A stretch of DNA of 64,000 nucleotides from Octopus sinensis (taxonomy: Eukaryota): positions 9,982,001 through 10,046,000 of the forward strand of contig NC_043007.1 in assembly GCF_006345805.1 (NCBI RefSeq). The letters are read 5' to 3'. Position 1 is the first letter of the stretch; the number at the start of each line of letters is the position of its first letter. Under the pieces are notes generated by a model. That model did no database searches. It worked only from the letters and a program-made list of their open reading frames with translations, and was not told the origin of the DNA. Position numbers and translations under genes: made by a program. Positions 63,640-64,000 of this stretch are shown in pieces.

Positions 63640-63830
63640 GTTTATGTATGTTTGTATGTATATATATATATATAAATAAATAAATAAATATATATATGTA
63701 TGTATGTAAATATATATATGTATGTATGTAAATATATATATGTATGTATGTAAATATATATATGTATGTATGTAAATATATATATGTATGTATGTATGTA
63801 TGTATATATGCATGTATGTATGAATAAAAA
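63640..63830. repeat. (TATG/TA)n microsatellite with ~22 bp periodicity
   Basis: Direct reading. Confidence 0.85.
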
Positions 63831-64000
63831 TGCCATCTAATTTATGTCAGCTTAGGCAATGCAAACAATGTTATATATGCATATTAACATACATAATATG
63901 TGTATGTGTATGAGCATTGGCAAGTCAGATCTCTCTCTCTCTTTCTCGTATATATATATATGTAGCTCTGTTTGATTTGCCTGTGCTAACATAAATTAGA

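Overview
AT-rich eukaryotic DNA dominated by repeats. The repeat families and microsatellite load match my recollection of octopus (coleoid cephalopod) genomes; this is not verified by any search. I see no complete protein-coding gene, tRNA, rRNA or CRISPR array, and nearly all listed ORFs are by-products of microsatellites or repeats. The window holds many tRNA-headed SINE-like elements (working names A, B, D, F, V, several with 13-17 bp target-site duplications), 3' fragments of RTE, CR1/L2 and L1-Tx1 LINEs, a Tc1 transposase remnant, and hAT-, pogo/Tc-, piggyBac- and Helentron-like non-autonomous elements, often nested. It also has a 1 kb minisatellite, a ~215 bp triplication and a 5.5 kb TA-rich satellite. 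Most notable: (1) Penelope-like fragments carrying minimal hammerhead ribozyme motifs, three homologous copies each with a different single core change plus one long-stem variant; (2) at least five fold-back palindromes, four made from retroelement ends, plus a 191 bp near-perfect hairpin; (3) evidence that the abundant family C is the 3' UTR of an RTE LINE and seeded the minisatellite; (4) strong strand bias of two repeat families and a 7.6 kb zone lacking young SINEs; (5) low-confidence short exon candidates, one apparently split by a CR1 insertion. The region most likely lies in or near introns of a large unidentified gene.
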